From an uncultured Treponemataceae bacterium (GTDB lineage: Bacteria; Spirochaetota; Spirochaetia; Treponematales; Rectinemataceae), in NCBI GenBank assembly GCA_964654405.1, contig CAZZJJ010000001.1, positions 1 to 39,862 of the forward strand: a stretch of DNA of 39,862 nt, written 5' to 3'. The stretch's first letter is position 1, and each line of letters starts with the position of its first letter. A model generated the notes under the pieces. The model was given only the letters and a program-made list of their open reading frames with translations, was not told where the DNA came from and made no database searches. The position numbers and the translations under genes were made by a program. Of this stretch, positions 1 through 9,114 are shown piece by piece.

Positions 1-156
1 GTTCATATCATGTCGCAGGTCGAGTCGGGAAATCTGGGTGCGGCAGCGGCATATAGTGTTCTGCTGGTTGGAATTGTCGGGCTGGCGATAGTGTTTATCA
101 GAATGGTATTGAAAGCTCAGTATGGAAAACTTGGCGGAACAATGCTTCATTTCTAG
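1..156 (+). CDS. ABC transporter permease, C-terminal fragment (5' end outside window)
   Basis: Frame 1 is open from the window edge to TAG at 154-156. It has a hydrophobic C-terminal segment (AAAYSVLLVGIVGLAIVFI) and sits 15 nt upstream of an ABC ATPase gene. Confidence 0.5.
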   Translation, partial: VHIMSQVESGNLGAAAAYSVLLVGIVGLAIVFIRMVLKAQYGKLGGTMLHF

Positions 157-171
157 GGTCAGGGAGAAATC

Positions 172-1269
172 ATGAGTGTCAAATTAATACATATCAGCAA
201 AGAATTTCCGGATCTTGAGCGGGAAGACAGAAAAATGCTTGCGGTCAGGGATATGAATCTGGAAATCAATGAGGGCGAATTCGTCACCTTGCTTGGACCT
301 TCGGGCTGCGGCAAGACAACCACGCTCAGAATGGTTGCAGGCTTTGAAACGCCAACAACCGGAGAGATTTGGATTGGCGGTCGATGCGTGAATGACGACC
401 CGCCGAATAAACGTGATACAACGATGGTTTTCCAGAGTTACGCGATTTTTCCGCATCTGTCTGTCGAGCAGAATGTCGGCTTCGGCCTTGAATTGAAAGG
501 CCGGCCGAAAAACGAAATTAAAGATGAAGTGCGGAAAGTCATGGAAGTCATGGGTATCAGCGATTATGCCAAGCGAAGACCTGATCAGCTGTCAGGCGGT
601 CAACAGCAGCGGGTTGCTCTAGCGCGCGCAATTGTCAATAAGCCCGGTGTCCTTCTCTTTGACGAGCCGCTGTCCAATCTGGATGCGAAACTCCGTGAAA
701 CGATGCGAGTGGAAATCAGGCGAATTCAGCAAACCTTCGGCATAACAAGCATCTATGTAACCCATGATCAAGCTGAGGCTATGACGGTATCCGACCGAAT
801 CGTTGTCATGGAAAAAGGGAAAGTCATGCAAGTTGGGACGCCTTTTGAAATCTATTCACGTCCTGAAAATCGCTTTGTTGCAGATTTTATTGGACGAGTG
901 AACCTGTTCCCGGTCACAATAAAGAAGCTGGGTAAGGAAGACAGCGGCGGGACAGTCCTGAACAATAAAGGAAAGGAAGTTCGCGCTGCAAGCATAGCTT
1001 TAGGTTTGTGCGAAGGAGATGCGGCATTTATGATGGTTCGTCCGGAATCATTCGTGCTCGCTTCAAAAGAAACCGAGACAAGCTTCGGCAGCGGTGTTGT
1101 TACGAAAGCCGTCTATCTAGGGTCTGTGGTAGAATATGAATTGGATATCGGCGAAGACAAGCCGATTCTTGCGGTAACGCATGATCCCATCAATAATGGA
1201 TTTTACAGTAACAATGAACGGGTGTGGTTCAGCTTTACAGAACAAGCCTGTCATGTTTTGCCGCAGTAG
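172..1269 (+). CDS. ABC importer ATP-binding protein (PotA/FbpC/MalK-like, with C-terminal regulatory/TOBE-like extension)
   Basis: Walker A GPSGCGKTT, signature LSGGQQQRVALARA, Walker B LLFDEPLSNLD, H-loop YVTHDQ. GGGAGA Shine-Dalgarno upstream of the ATG. Confidence 0.9.
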   Translation: MSVKLIHISKEFPDLEREDRKMLAVRDMNLEINEGEFVTLLGPSGCGKTTTLRMVAGFETPTTGEIWIGGRCVNDDPPNKRDTTMVFQSYAIFPHLSVEQNVGFGLELKGRPKNEIKDEVRKVMEVMGISDYAKRRPDQLSGGQQQRVALARAIVNKPGVLLFDEPLSNLDAKLRETMRVEIRRIQQTFGITSIYVTHDQAEAMTVSDRIVVMEKGKVMQVGTPFEIYSRPENRFVADFIGRVNLFPVTIKKLGKEDSGGTVLNNKGKEVRAASIALGLCEGDAAFMMVRPESFVLASKETETSFGSGVVTKAVYLGSVVEYELDIGEDKPILAVTHDPINNGFYSNNERVWFSFTEQACHVLPQ

Positions 1270-1276
1270 ACAATGT

Positions 1277-1304
1277 CCGCCCCGAAACAAGCGGGGCGGT
1301 TTTT
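1277..1304 (+). terminator. Rho-independent terminator after the ABC operon
   Basis: Perfect 8-bp GC-rich stem CCGCCCCG (1277-1284) / CGGGGCGG (1292-1299), 7-nt loop, followed by TTTTT. Lies between convergent genes. Confidence 0.7.
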
Positions 1305-1323
1305 GTTTTAACGCAGGCAGAAA

Positions 1324-1782
1324 TCAGGGACTCTGGTTGATATAGCGCTCAAGCTGTCCGAGTTGGAACTCCTGCTCCGCAATAATGCTGTCCTGGTTGG
1401 CGCAATAAGCCTTGACTACATCACCGATTGAGATGATTCCCACCAGCTCACCCTTATCCATAACCGGCAGGTGTCTGATCTTTTTTTCGGTCATGAGCGT
1501 CATGCAATCATTGATAGTCGTCTCGGGATCAACATAAAGCACCTGAGTGGTCATGATTTCACCAACTGTGGTTTTTTCTCCATCCCGGCCTTTGATGATA
1601 ATCTTGCGGGCGAAATCACGCTCACTGAAAATTCCAGCCAGTTTGCCATTTTTATCGGTAACAAGGATGGCTCCGATATTTTTATCGGCCATGATTTCAA
1701 GCGCCTGATACAGGGTTGCGTCTGATTGAACGGTGAAAACAGCTTTCGGTTTCTTGGCGAGAATGTCTTTTACTTTGTTCAT
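1324..1782 (-). CDS. Stand-alone CBS-pair domain protein
   Basis: Two CBS-like repeats (GAILVTDKNGKLAGIFSERD; HLPVMDKGELVGIISIGDV). Start placed at MNKVKD because GAGGAGG lies just upstream. The ORF-track start at 1821 has no RBS. Confidence 0.85.
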   Translation of the reverse strand: MNKVKDILAKKPKAVFTVQSDATLYQALEIMADKNIGAILVTDKNGKLAGIFSERDFARKIIIKGRDGEKTTVGEIMTTQVLYVDPETTINDCMTLMTEKKIRHLPVMDKGELVGIISIGDVVKAYCANQDSIIAEQEFQLGQLERYINQSP

Positions 1783-1874
1783 AGGTGCCTCCTCTATAAA
1801 ATATAGGTTATATAGTAACACAAGGCAATATCAATTTCGCTTGCGCCAGGCTGCAATAAGCGTATACTTGTGAT

Positions 1875-2951
1875 ATGCAGATAAAGGCTGATGGACAGAC
1901 ATACGCGCCGAGGGGCATGGTATCTCCAGTCTGTGAACCGGGAACATTCAAGATAGGCGTAATCGGACTGGATCATGGGCATATCTATGGCATGTGCAAC
2001 GGGCTGGTTGAAGCTGGGGCAGAAATAGCATGCGTCTATGATAACGAAAGAATGAAAATGGATGCCTTTTGCAAGGTGTTCCCGGATGCAAAAAAGGCTG
2101 AGAGCGAACATGAGATTCTCGAAAATCCTGATATCGCGCTTGTCGCTTCTGCAATTCTTCCTGACAGACGCACAGAGCTCGGTATTCGCGTCATGAAAGC
2201 TGGAAAGGATTATTTCTGCGACAAACCGCCCTGCATCACAAAGCAAGATGTTTCCCAGGCGAGAAGAGCGGTCGAGGAAACTCAAAAAAAGTTTGCCGTG
2301 TATTACAGCGAGCGGCTCCATGTTGAAGCTTCTGTCTGTGCGGAAAAGCTCATTAAGGACGGCGCGATTGGGCGGGTAATTCATGTAGCGGGGTGGGGTC
2401 CTCATCGAATCAGTATTCCGCAGCGCCCGTCCTGGTTTTTTGATAAAGCGCGATATGGCGGAATTCTTGTCGATATTGGATGTCACCAAATAGAACAGCT
2501 GCTTTTTTTCTGCGGAGCTTCCGATGCCGTCATTTCTTCGAGCAGGGCCGGGAATTATAAATACAAGCAATATCCGCGCTTTGAAGATTTCGGTGACGCA
2601 GCCTTGCTGATGAACAACGGCACAACAGGATATTTCAGCGTCAACTGGTTTACACCTGATGGTCTTGGAGCTTGGGGCGACGGAAGGACTTTTATCCAGG
2701 GCACCGAAGGGTATATTGAATTGAGGAAGTATATAGATGTCGCAGCAGACCCGGAAGGAGATCATGTTATCCTGGTGAATAATAAAGGAGAACAGCATAT
2801 TCATGCTGCCGGAACTTGCGGTTTTCCGTTTTTCGGCAGGCTGATAAAGGACTGTCTTGAAAGGACATCGACAGCCTATGATCAGGAACTGACCTTCAGG
2901 GCGATTGAACTTGCCATTGAGGCAGAGACACAAGCGACAGCAGTGCAATGA
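1875..2951 (+). CDS. Gfo/Idh/MocA family NAD(P)-dependent oxidoreductase
   Basis: N-terminal Rossmann stretch KIGVIGLDHGHIYGM. Length and overall pattern fit the family. Start uncertain: ATG 1875 has no SD, and in-frame ATG 1917 follows GAGGGG too closely. Confidence 0.8.
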   Translation: MQIKADGQTYAPRGMVSPVCEPGTFKIGVIGLDHGHIYGMCNGLVEAGAEIACVYDNERMKMDAFCKVFPDAKKAESEHEILENPDIALVASAILPDRRTELGIRVMKAGKDYFCDKPPCITKQDVSQARRAVEETQKKFAVYYSERLHVEASVCAEKLIKDGAIGRVIHVAGWGPHRISIPQRPSWFFDKARYGGILVDIGCHQIEQLLFFCGASDAVISSSRAGNYKYKQYPRFEDFGDAALLMNNGTTGYFSVNWFTPDGLGAWGDGRTFIQGTEGYIELRKYIDVAADPEGDHVILVNNKGEQHIHAAGTCGFPFFGRLIKDCLERTSTAYDQELTFRAIELAIEAETQATAVQ

Positions 2952-4036
2952 AAGCAATTGAAAGAAACAAGCTGATTCGATTTTCAGCGCGCATTTTCAT
3001 GGCATGCGGGGTGCCGGAACAGCAAGCATTTGAGCAATCTATGGTCCTGGTGGCTGCCGATGCGCGAGGCATCCCATCGCATGGAATAGCCAGGCTTCCG
3101 CGTTATGTCGCTGGGCTCCAGCAGGGATCGATGATTCCAAACATCCAGCCTGAGGCAATAAAGGAAACACTGGTTTCCTTATTGGTTGACGCCAGAGGCG
3201 GACTTGGAGCGCCGGTCAGTATTGCAACCATGAAAAAAGTGATAGAAAAAGCTGAGCTGGCAGGAATGTCTTTTGCTGCTGTCAGAAACTCGAATCATTT
3301 CGGCATTGCAGGATATTACGCCATGATGGCGCTGCCGCATGACATGATTGGCATGGCCATGACCAATACCGCGGCGCTTGGAGTTCCGACACATGCAAGG
3401 CAGGTTATGTTCGGGACTAATCCTATCGCCTTTGCTGCTCCGGCGTTTGAAGAAAAGGCCTTTGTCCTGGATATGTCAACAACTGCGGTGACACGGGGAA
3501 AGATAGAGGTTTTTGCAAGGCTCGGAAAGCCCTTGCCGAGAGGCTGGGCAGTAGACCGGGATGGAGCTCCGGCGGGCAACGCGAACGCCTTGCTTGATGA
3601 TATGCTGCATCGAAGCGGCGGTGGGCTTGTCCCGCTCGGCGGTGATGATGAAATACATGCCGGATATAAAGGCTATGGTCTGGGTGTGATGGTCGATATT
3701 CTGACAGGAGTGTTGTCCGGAGGGCTTTTCGGACAGCAGGTCGCCGATACTGAAACGACTTCAGCCCGGGTGAGTCACTGCTTTGCAGCGATGAAAATCG
3801 ATATGTTTCAAAAGCCGGAAGAATTCAAAAAAAGCATGGATAGCATGCTGAAGGCGCTGCGTACCGCGGAGCCGGCGAGAGGCAAAGCCCGTGTCTATTA
3901 CGCGGGGCAGAAAGAGTATGAGGCTGAAGAAGAAGCCTCGAAATTCGGCATAAAGATTGATGACACAACCTTTCGCATTCTCACCGATCTCGGAAAAAAA
4001 TTCGATATAAACCCCGAGGATCTTTTGTTTCATTGA
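2948..4036 (+). CDS. Ldh_2 family (malate/L-lactate/sulfolactate/ureidoglycolate-type) 2-oxoacid oxidoreductase
   Basis: Family signatures GIPSHGIARLPRY, NSNHFG, FGTNPIAFAAP, GYKGYGL. ATGA overlap with the upstream gene. Confidence 0.85.
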   Translation: MKAIERNKLIRFSARIFMACGVPEQQAFEQSMVLVAADARGIPSHGIARLPRYVAGLQQGSMIPNIQPEAIKETLVSLLVDARGGLGAPVSIATMKKVIEKAELAGMSFAAVRNSNHFGIAGYYAMMALPHDMIGMAMTNTAALGVPTHARQVMFGTNPIAFAAPAFEEKAFVLDMSTTAVTRGKIEVFARLGKPLPRGWAVDRDGAPAGNANALLDDMLHRSGGGLVPLGGDDEIHAGYKGYGLGVMVDILTGVLSGGLFGQQVADTETTSARVSHCFAAMKIDMFQKPEEFKKSMDSMLKALRTAEPARGKARVYYAGQKEYEAEEEASKFGIKIDDTTFRILTDLGKKFDINPEDLLFH

Positions 4037-4067
4037 CTTCCCCGCCGCTGTATCCTACAGTAAAAAC

Positions 4068-4904
4068 ATGGATAGATTTAAATTGGCCGTCTGCAATGAG
4101 CTTTTTGGAAGCATGGATGCACGAACCTATATCCCGGTTGTTAAAAGATCTGGATATGAAGGAATAGAATTTGCTCCATATACTATCTTCCCTGATTTCA
4201 ATGTTCATCAAGCCAGAAAGAGGGCAGTGGAAATTCACGAGCTACTGAAAGGCGAGGGGCTGGCATTTTCTGGCTTTCATTGGCTTCTTGCATATCCGGA
4301 CGGGATGCATTTGCTCAGTGATAATAGTGATGCGCGGAGAAAAGCATGGGATCATCTGAAGCTTCTCTTTGAACTTTCTTTTGAATTCGGCGGGGGGACT
4401 TTGGTTCTCGGCTCACCCAGGCAAAGAACAATTCCTGATAACACGGAAAGAAATTCAGCGATACGCCGATTTATCGATGAAATGGTTTTTTTCATCGAAT
4501 CGATTGAGGGAAGTAAATCAATGCTGCTTATTGAAGCGCTGTCGCCCGATCAGACCAATTTTATCAACACTCTCCAAGAAGCCGCCGAACTGGTACAACA
4601 GATTGATTCCACATATTTTCAAACCATGTTCGATTTTCACAACGCAAGAGATGAGAAGCAGCCATGGGACAAACTGATCGAAGAGCATTTTAAATGTATC
4701 AAACATATTCATATCAACGAAATTGATGGCGGCGCCCCCGGTACTGGAAAATCAGAGTACCGGAACGCATTTTCAGCAATAAAAAAACTTCGGTATGAAG
4801 GCTGGATCAGCATGGAAGTTTTCACAACTCCTGCCGATCCGGAGCGATACATAAGCGCTGCGCTCCAATTTCAAAAAAAGATTTTTCATCTGGTTGAAGA
4901 ATAA
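4068..4904 (+). CDS. Sugar phosphate isomerase/epimerase, xylose-isomerase-like TIM barrel
   Basis: Pattern of putative metal ligands typical of the AP_endonuc_2 fold: LLIEAL, FDFHN, HIHINE, SMEVF. Confidence 0.8.
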   Translation: MDRFKLAVCNELFGSMDARTYIPVVKRSGYEGIEFAPYTIFPDFNVHQARKRAVEIHELLKGEGLAFSGFHWLLAYPDGMHLLSDNSDARRKAWDHLKLLFELSFEFGGGTLVLGSPRQRTIPDNTERNSAIRRFIDEMVFFIESIEGSKSMLLIEALSPDQTNFINTLQEAAELVQQIDSTYFQTMFDFHNARDEKQPWDKLIEEHFKCIKHIHINEIDGGAPGTGKSEYRNAFSAIKKLRYEGWISMEVFTTPADPERYISAALQFQKKIFHLVEE

Positions 4905-4918
4905 GGAGGAATAAAACT

Positions 4919-5962
4919 GTGAAATTCGGCATAATCGGTACTGGTCTCATTGCGGAATTCCATGCCAGGGCATTGTCAGAGATTAAAGGAGCCGAACTAG
5001 AAGCCTGTATGGATGTCAATTCTGAACGGGCAGCTGGTTTTGGGGCAAAGTATCACTGCACATCATATAACTCCATTGAGCATTTTTTGAAGCATCCAAG
5101 TCTTGAAATTGTCACGGTTTGTACGCCGTCAGGACTGCACCGCGATATGGCAGTAGCCGCTGCCCATGCAGGAAAACATGTAATCGTTGAAAAGCCACTT
5201 GAAATTTCGACGGAACGATGCCAGCAAATAATTGACGCCTGTAAAAAGAATAATGTTGTTCTTTCAGGTATTTTCCCATCTCGATTTTTCAGCGCTGCTT
5301 CAACGGTAAAGAAAGCCGTCGATGCTGGACGTTTTGGAAAACTAACCATGGGGACAGCTTCAGTAAAATGGTGGCGTGAACAAAGCTATTACAGTACGGG
5401 AGGATGGAAAGGGACGAGAAGCCTTGATGGAGGCGGAGCACTCATCAATCAATCTATTCATGCCATAGATCTGCTGCTCTGGTACATGGGCGATGCCGAA
5501 GAAGTGTACGCTTGCATGGATACAAGCGCCCACAGCGGAATCGAAGTTGAAGATAATGCCGTTGTTGCGGTGCGATTCAAAAATGGTGCTATCGGAACAA
5601 TCCATGGTTCGACTTCGGTCTGGCCGGGCTTTTTAAAGCGTCTGGAGATATCCGGTACCGCTGGAAGTGCCATTCTTGAAGAGGAAAATCTGACATTCTG
5701 GAAATTCAAAGAAGAAAATCCGGATGACGAATACGTGAGAAAGCAATTCGCTGGCGCGACACATACAGGCGGGGGAGCCTCCGATCCTGCGGCCATCAGC
5801 CACCACGGACATAAACTTCAGTTTCTGGATATCATCGACGCAATTCAGAATAACCGGGAACCATTGATAGACGGCGAAGAAGCCATGAAAGCGGTAAGGC
5901 TTATTGAAGCTGCTTACAGAAGCGCTGAGCTGGACAAGCCGGTTTCCCTAGGAGAAATGTAG
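4919..5962 (+). CDS. Gfo/Idh/MocA family oxidoreductase
   Basis: MKFGIIGTGLIAEFHARAL Rossmann start, VIVEKPL motif. GTG start preceded by AAGGAGG. Confidence 0.9.
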   Translation: MKFGIIGTGLIAEFHARALSEIKGAELEACMDVNSERAAGFGAKYHCTSYNSIEHFLKHPSLEIVTVCTPSGLHRDMAVAAAHAGKHVIVEKPLEISTERCQQIIDACKKNNVVLSGIFPSRFFSAASTVKKAVDAGRFGKLTMGTASVKWWREQSYYSTGGWKGTRSLDGGGALINQSIHAIDLLLWYMGDAEEVYACMDTSAHSGIEVEDNAVVAVRFKNGAIGTIHGSTSVWPGFLKRLEISGTAGSAILEEENLTFWKFKEENPDDEYVRKQFAGATHTGGGASDPAAISHHGHKLQFLDIIDAIQNNREPLIDGEEAMKAVRLIEAAYRSAELDKPVSLGEM

Positions 5963-5963
5963 C

Positions 5964-6866
5964 ATGATCCTCTCAGGTTTCGCCGACGAGGCTGGCGACA
6001 GCCTGGATGAACAGATAGCAGTAACGCGAGAGCTTGGCTGGCGCTATGTCGAGCTTCGCTCCATTGACAGAAAAAACGTTCTTGATCTTGACGACAAGGC
6101 CTTTAAGCAATGCGCAGACAAGTTGACAAAAGCAGGCATCAAGGTCAATTGCCTTGGCTCAAATATTGCCAATTGGGGAACTTCAATCAACGATGATTTT
6201 GCCGCGACAGAAAAGACCGTTGATCGGGCAATTAAAAGAATGAAGTTGCTCGGAACTGAAATGATCAGGATCATGAGCTATGCCATTCTTTTCGGATCGA
6301 ATGGAAAGCCGCTTGCCGATCAAAGAGCTGAAGAGCGAATCCGGAGACTTAAAATCATCTGTTCCAAGTTTGCAGATGCAGGAATAACCTGTGTGCATGA
6401 AAATTGCCTTAATTATGGCGGAATGAGTTTTTCCGCCACCCAGCAGCTGCTTGATGAGATTCCGCAGCTCATGCTGCTTTTCGATACCGGAAATCCCTGT
6501 CTGACTCCGGATTTTTCCAAGCCGGAACCTTGGCCTAATCAGAATCCTTTTGAGTTTTGGAAGCTTTTTTCTCCCCGCATACGGCATGTGCATATCAAGG
6601 ATGGTTGGCGCAATCCAACTACTGGCAAGGAAGAATATTTCATGCCTGGAGAAGGTCCCTGCAAGCTCGAACAAATTCTCGAGACGATACTCAAAGCTGG
6701 CTATCAAGGTGCTTTTACCATTGAACCTCACATAGCTGTGGTCTACCACAATCCTTCAGTGCAAAGTTCTTCAAAACAAAGGAAAACGATGTATATCGAA
6801 TTTGCACGAAAATTTGAAACAATGATGAGCAAGCTGGAATACCGGGAGGAACATGGAAGCCTGTAA
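5964..6866 (+). CDS. Sugar phosphate isomerase/epimerase, xylose-isomerase-like TIM barrel
   Basis: N-terminal LSGFADE, then VHENC, LFDTGN, HVHIKDG, FTIEPH ligand-like pattern. The start lies 1 nt after the upstream stop. Confidence 0.8.
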   Translation: MILSGFADEAGDSLDEQIAVTRELGWRYVELRSIDRKNVLDLDDKAFKQCADKLTKAGIKVNCLGSNIANWGTSINDDFAATEKTVDRAIKRMKLLGTEMIRIMSYAILFGSNGKPLADQRAEERIRRLKIICSKFADAGITCVHENCLNYGGMSFSATQQLLDEIPQLMLLFDTGNPCLTPDFSKPEPWPNQNPFEFWKLFSPRIRHVHIKDGWRNPTTGKEEYFMPGEGPCKLEQILETILKAGYQGAFTIEPHIAVVYHNPSVQSSSKQRKTMYIEFARKFETMMSKLEYREEHGSL

Positions 6867-8073
6867 AGACCTGAGGCTGACAAACTGCAAAATTCTGACT
6901 CCCTTTGAGATGCTGGAAGAGGGATCCATAACCATCACGGAAGGAAAAATTGCAGAGGTCAATCGGGGAATTAGCGAAGAATCCGGCAGCCTGAAAACTC
7001 TGGATATGCGCGGAGCATTGGTCATTCCCGGGTTTGTCGATCTGCACTGCCATGGCGCTCTTGGCGAAGATTTCATGAGCGCAAGCGAAGAAGCGGTGCA
7101 AAAGGCCGCCTGGTTTCACCTCCAGCATGGGACGACAAGCCTTCTTCCAACCTCACTTTCTGCCCCGCTTCCAGCCATCCTTTCAATGCTGAAAACCATG
7201 CAAAGTGCCATGCAAAAAGGAACGGTGCCGAATCTGGCCGGTGTCCATATCGAAGGCCCATATCTTTCTGAGCTTCAATGCGGCGCTCAGGATACCCGCT
7301 ACCTTAAAAATCCCGATCCAGAGGAATACTATAAAATACTCGAATTTTCTTCAATAATTCGGCGATGGACAATTGCCTGCGAGCTGCCCGGGGCTTTGGA
7401 ACTGGGGAGAATCCTTGCGCGGCTGGGTATACTTCCTTCGATTGGCCACAGCAATGCGCAGTATTCAGAAGTCGTCGAAGCGGTCTCTTCCGGATTCAGG
7501 CTCGTCACCCATCTATATTCAGGGACTTCTCTGGTGACGCGGAAACGCGGAATTCGCTATCCAGGGGTTGTGGAAAGTACCCTTCTGCTCGATACCCTCG
7601 CCGCCGAGATCATTGTCGATGGTATGCATCTTCCAGAAGCCCTGGTTCAGCTGGTGTTTAAAATCAAGGGCGCAGACAATGTCATCATGGTTACCGACGC
7701 GATGGCTGCCGCCGGCATGGGAGATGGTATATATCGACTTGGCGATGCTGAGTCCGGGCAGGATGTCAGCGTGCATGACGGTGTCGCATGGACATCTTCC
7801 GGGGAAGCTTTTGCGGGGAGCATAGCGACAGCTGATCATCTGCTGCGAAAGGCTGTGCTCTGGGCAGGGATATCTTTGAAAGATGCTGTCACCAGTCTTT
7901 CGGCAACGCCTGCGAAGCTTGCAGGAATTTATAAGCGGACTGGAAGCATAGAGCCGGGGAAAGACGCTGATATTTTAATTCTGGATGACAACCTTGAAAT
8001 TCTTATGGTTATCGCAAAAGGCCGCATCGTGGGTTCTGGAGGCTCCTATGGCAGTATATCCTCTTCATTTTGA
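6853..8073 (+). CDS. N-acetylglucosamine-6-phosphate deacetylase-like amidohydrolase (NagA family)
   Basis: GFVDLHCHG (HxH), HIEGPYL, IGHSNA, THLY, IIVDGMH, MVTDAMAAAG match the NagA ligand layout. GGGAGG RBS. 14-nt overlap with the upstream gene. Confidence 0.8.
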   Translation: MEACKDLRLTNCKILTPFEMLEEGSITITEGKIAEVNRGISEESGSLKTLDMRGALVIPGFVDLHCHGALGEDFMSASEEAVQKAAWFHLQHGTTSLLPTSLSAPLPAILSMLKTMQSAMQKGTVPNLAGVHIEGPYLSELQCGAQDTRYLKNPDPEEYYKILEFSSIIRRWTIACELPGALELGRILARLGILPSIGHSNAQYSEVVEAVSSGFRLVTHLYSGTSLVTRKRGIRYPGVVESTLLLDTLAAEIIVDGMHLPEALVQLVFKIKGADNVIMVTDAMAAAGMGDGIYRLGDAESGQDVSVHDGVAWTSSGEAFAGSIATADHLLRKAVLWAGISLKDAVTSLSATPAKLAGIYKRTGSIEPGKDADILILDDNLEILMVIAKGRIVGSGGSYGSISSSF

Positions 8074-9091
8074 TTCAGAAGATCAGCTTGAGGATTTCAT
8101 GGCAACTCCATCGCAAGAAGCGCTTGAGACTTTGTCGCAGCTTACTGGTGATATAGCAATACTTGGGATTGCCGGGAAAATTGGCGTGACGCTCGGCATG
8201 ATGATTCAGAAAAGCCTTGCTGCTCTTGGCTCAGCTCGGAAAATTTATGGCGTCTCGCGCTTTTCAGATTCTGAAGCAAGGAAAAAGCTGGACGTTGCTG
8301 GCATTATTACTATCCCCTGTGATTTGCTGAATGCAAAGGATGTTGCGAATCTGCCTGACGCCGAGCATGTAGTTTTCATGGCAGGGAGAAAATTCGGAAC
8401 AGCCGGCAATGAGGAACTTACCTGGGCAGTTAACACTATTGCTCCTCGTAATGCAGCAGAACGATATAAAACATCGAACATGGTTGTGTACTCAACCGGC
8501 TGCGTTTACCGACTGCTGTCACCAGAGACTGGGGGAGCTACGGAAGATTCTCTGCCTGATCCGATTGGCGATTACGCGCAATCAGCTCTTGGCCGCGAAA
8601 GGATATTTCAATATTTTTCAAAGATTTACGGCACTCGGGTTGCAATTCTGAGATTGAATTATGCTATCGATCTTCGGTACGGTGTCCTGCGCGACTTGGC
8701 TGACAAGATAATGAGTGAAACAATAATCGACAATCCTGACGGTGCTTTTAATTGTATCTGGCAAGGGGACGTTCTCAATCAGACGATCTGCTCCCTTGGA
8801 CAGACCTCATCCCCAGCAGCCATTATCAACATCACCGGACCTGAAACTGTTTCTATACGATGGGCAGCTGAAGAATTGGGTAAAAGATTGGGGAAGAGGC
8901 CGATTTTCAGAATCGATTCCGCCATGCCGGATCGCATATATCTGTCAAATGCAGCCAAAGCTGCCCAATTATTCGGGTATCCTGAAATACCCTTGCTTGC
9001 CATGATCGACATGACAGCTGATTGGGTGCTGCATGGCGGCAGGTCGCTGGGAAAGCCGACGCATTTTGAAACTACGGATGGCCGGTTTTAA
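8048..9091 (+). CDS. NAD-dependent epimerase/dehydratase-like (extended SDR) protein, atypical active-site motif
   Basis: Glycine-rich ILGIAGKIGVTLG, STGCVY, and PDPIGDYAQSALGRE where YxxSK is expected. Start chosen at ATG 8048 after GGAGG. The ORF extends upstream to 7985, and ATG 8099 is an alternative. Confidence 0.65.
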   Translation: MAVYPLHFDSEDQLEDFMATPSQEALETLSQLTGDIAILGIAGKIGVTLGMMIQKSLAALGSARKIYGVSRFSDSEARKKLDVAGIITIPCDLLNAKDVANLPDAEHVVFMAGRKFGTAGNEELTWAVNTIAPRNAAERYKTSNMVVYSTGCVYRLLSPETGGATEDSLPDPIGDYAQSALGRERIFQYFSKIYGTRVAILRLNYAIDLRYGVLRDLADKIMSETIIDNPDGAFNCIWQGDVLNQTICSLGQTSSPAAIINITGPETVSIRWAAEELGKRLGKRPIFRIDSAMPDRIYLSNAAKAAQLFGYPEIPLLAMIDMTADWVLHGGRSLGKPTHFETTDGRF

Positions 9092-9114
9092 TATCAAATG
9101 CAAGGAGAATACTT

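Noticed and set aside
1783-1874. AT-rich spacer upstream of the first sugar-locus gene, scanned for operator-like dyads or a riboswitch
   Set aside because: Only short imperfect repeats were found (for example CGCTT...AAGCG) and nothing is long or structured enough to support a call. It likely holds the divergent promoters for the CBS gene and the operon, but I could not place hexamers convincingly.
1794-2957. 387-aa ORF on the minus strand spanning the whole first Gfo/Idh/MocA gene
   Set aside because: The plus-strand product has clear family motifs. The antisense translation is Cys/Arg/Phe/Ile-rich and low-complexity, with no recognisable motif or RBS. This is a shadow ORF arising from codon bias, although its length is unusual.
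6183-6749. 188-aa minus-strand ORF, plus many other 60-160-aa antisense or out-of-frame ORFs in the track (for example 5458-5796, 11059-11520, 20534-20917, 24147-24605, 28801-29253, 35498-35983)
   Set aside because: All lie entirely within confidently assigned genes on the other strand or frame and lack RBS or family signatures.
7985-8047. Upstream 21-codon extension of the epimerase-like ORF, deep inside the NagA-like gene
   Set aside because: The ATG at 8048 is preceded by GGAGG at proper spacing and the extension has no RBS. The start is still not certain (ATG 8099 is also possible).
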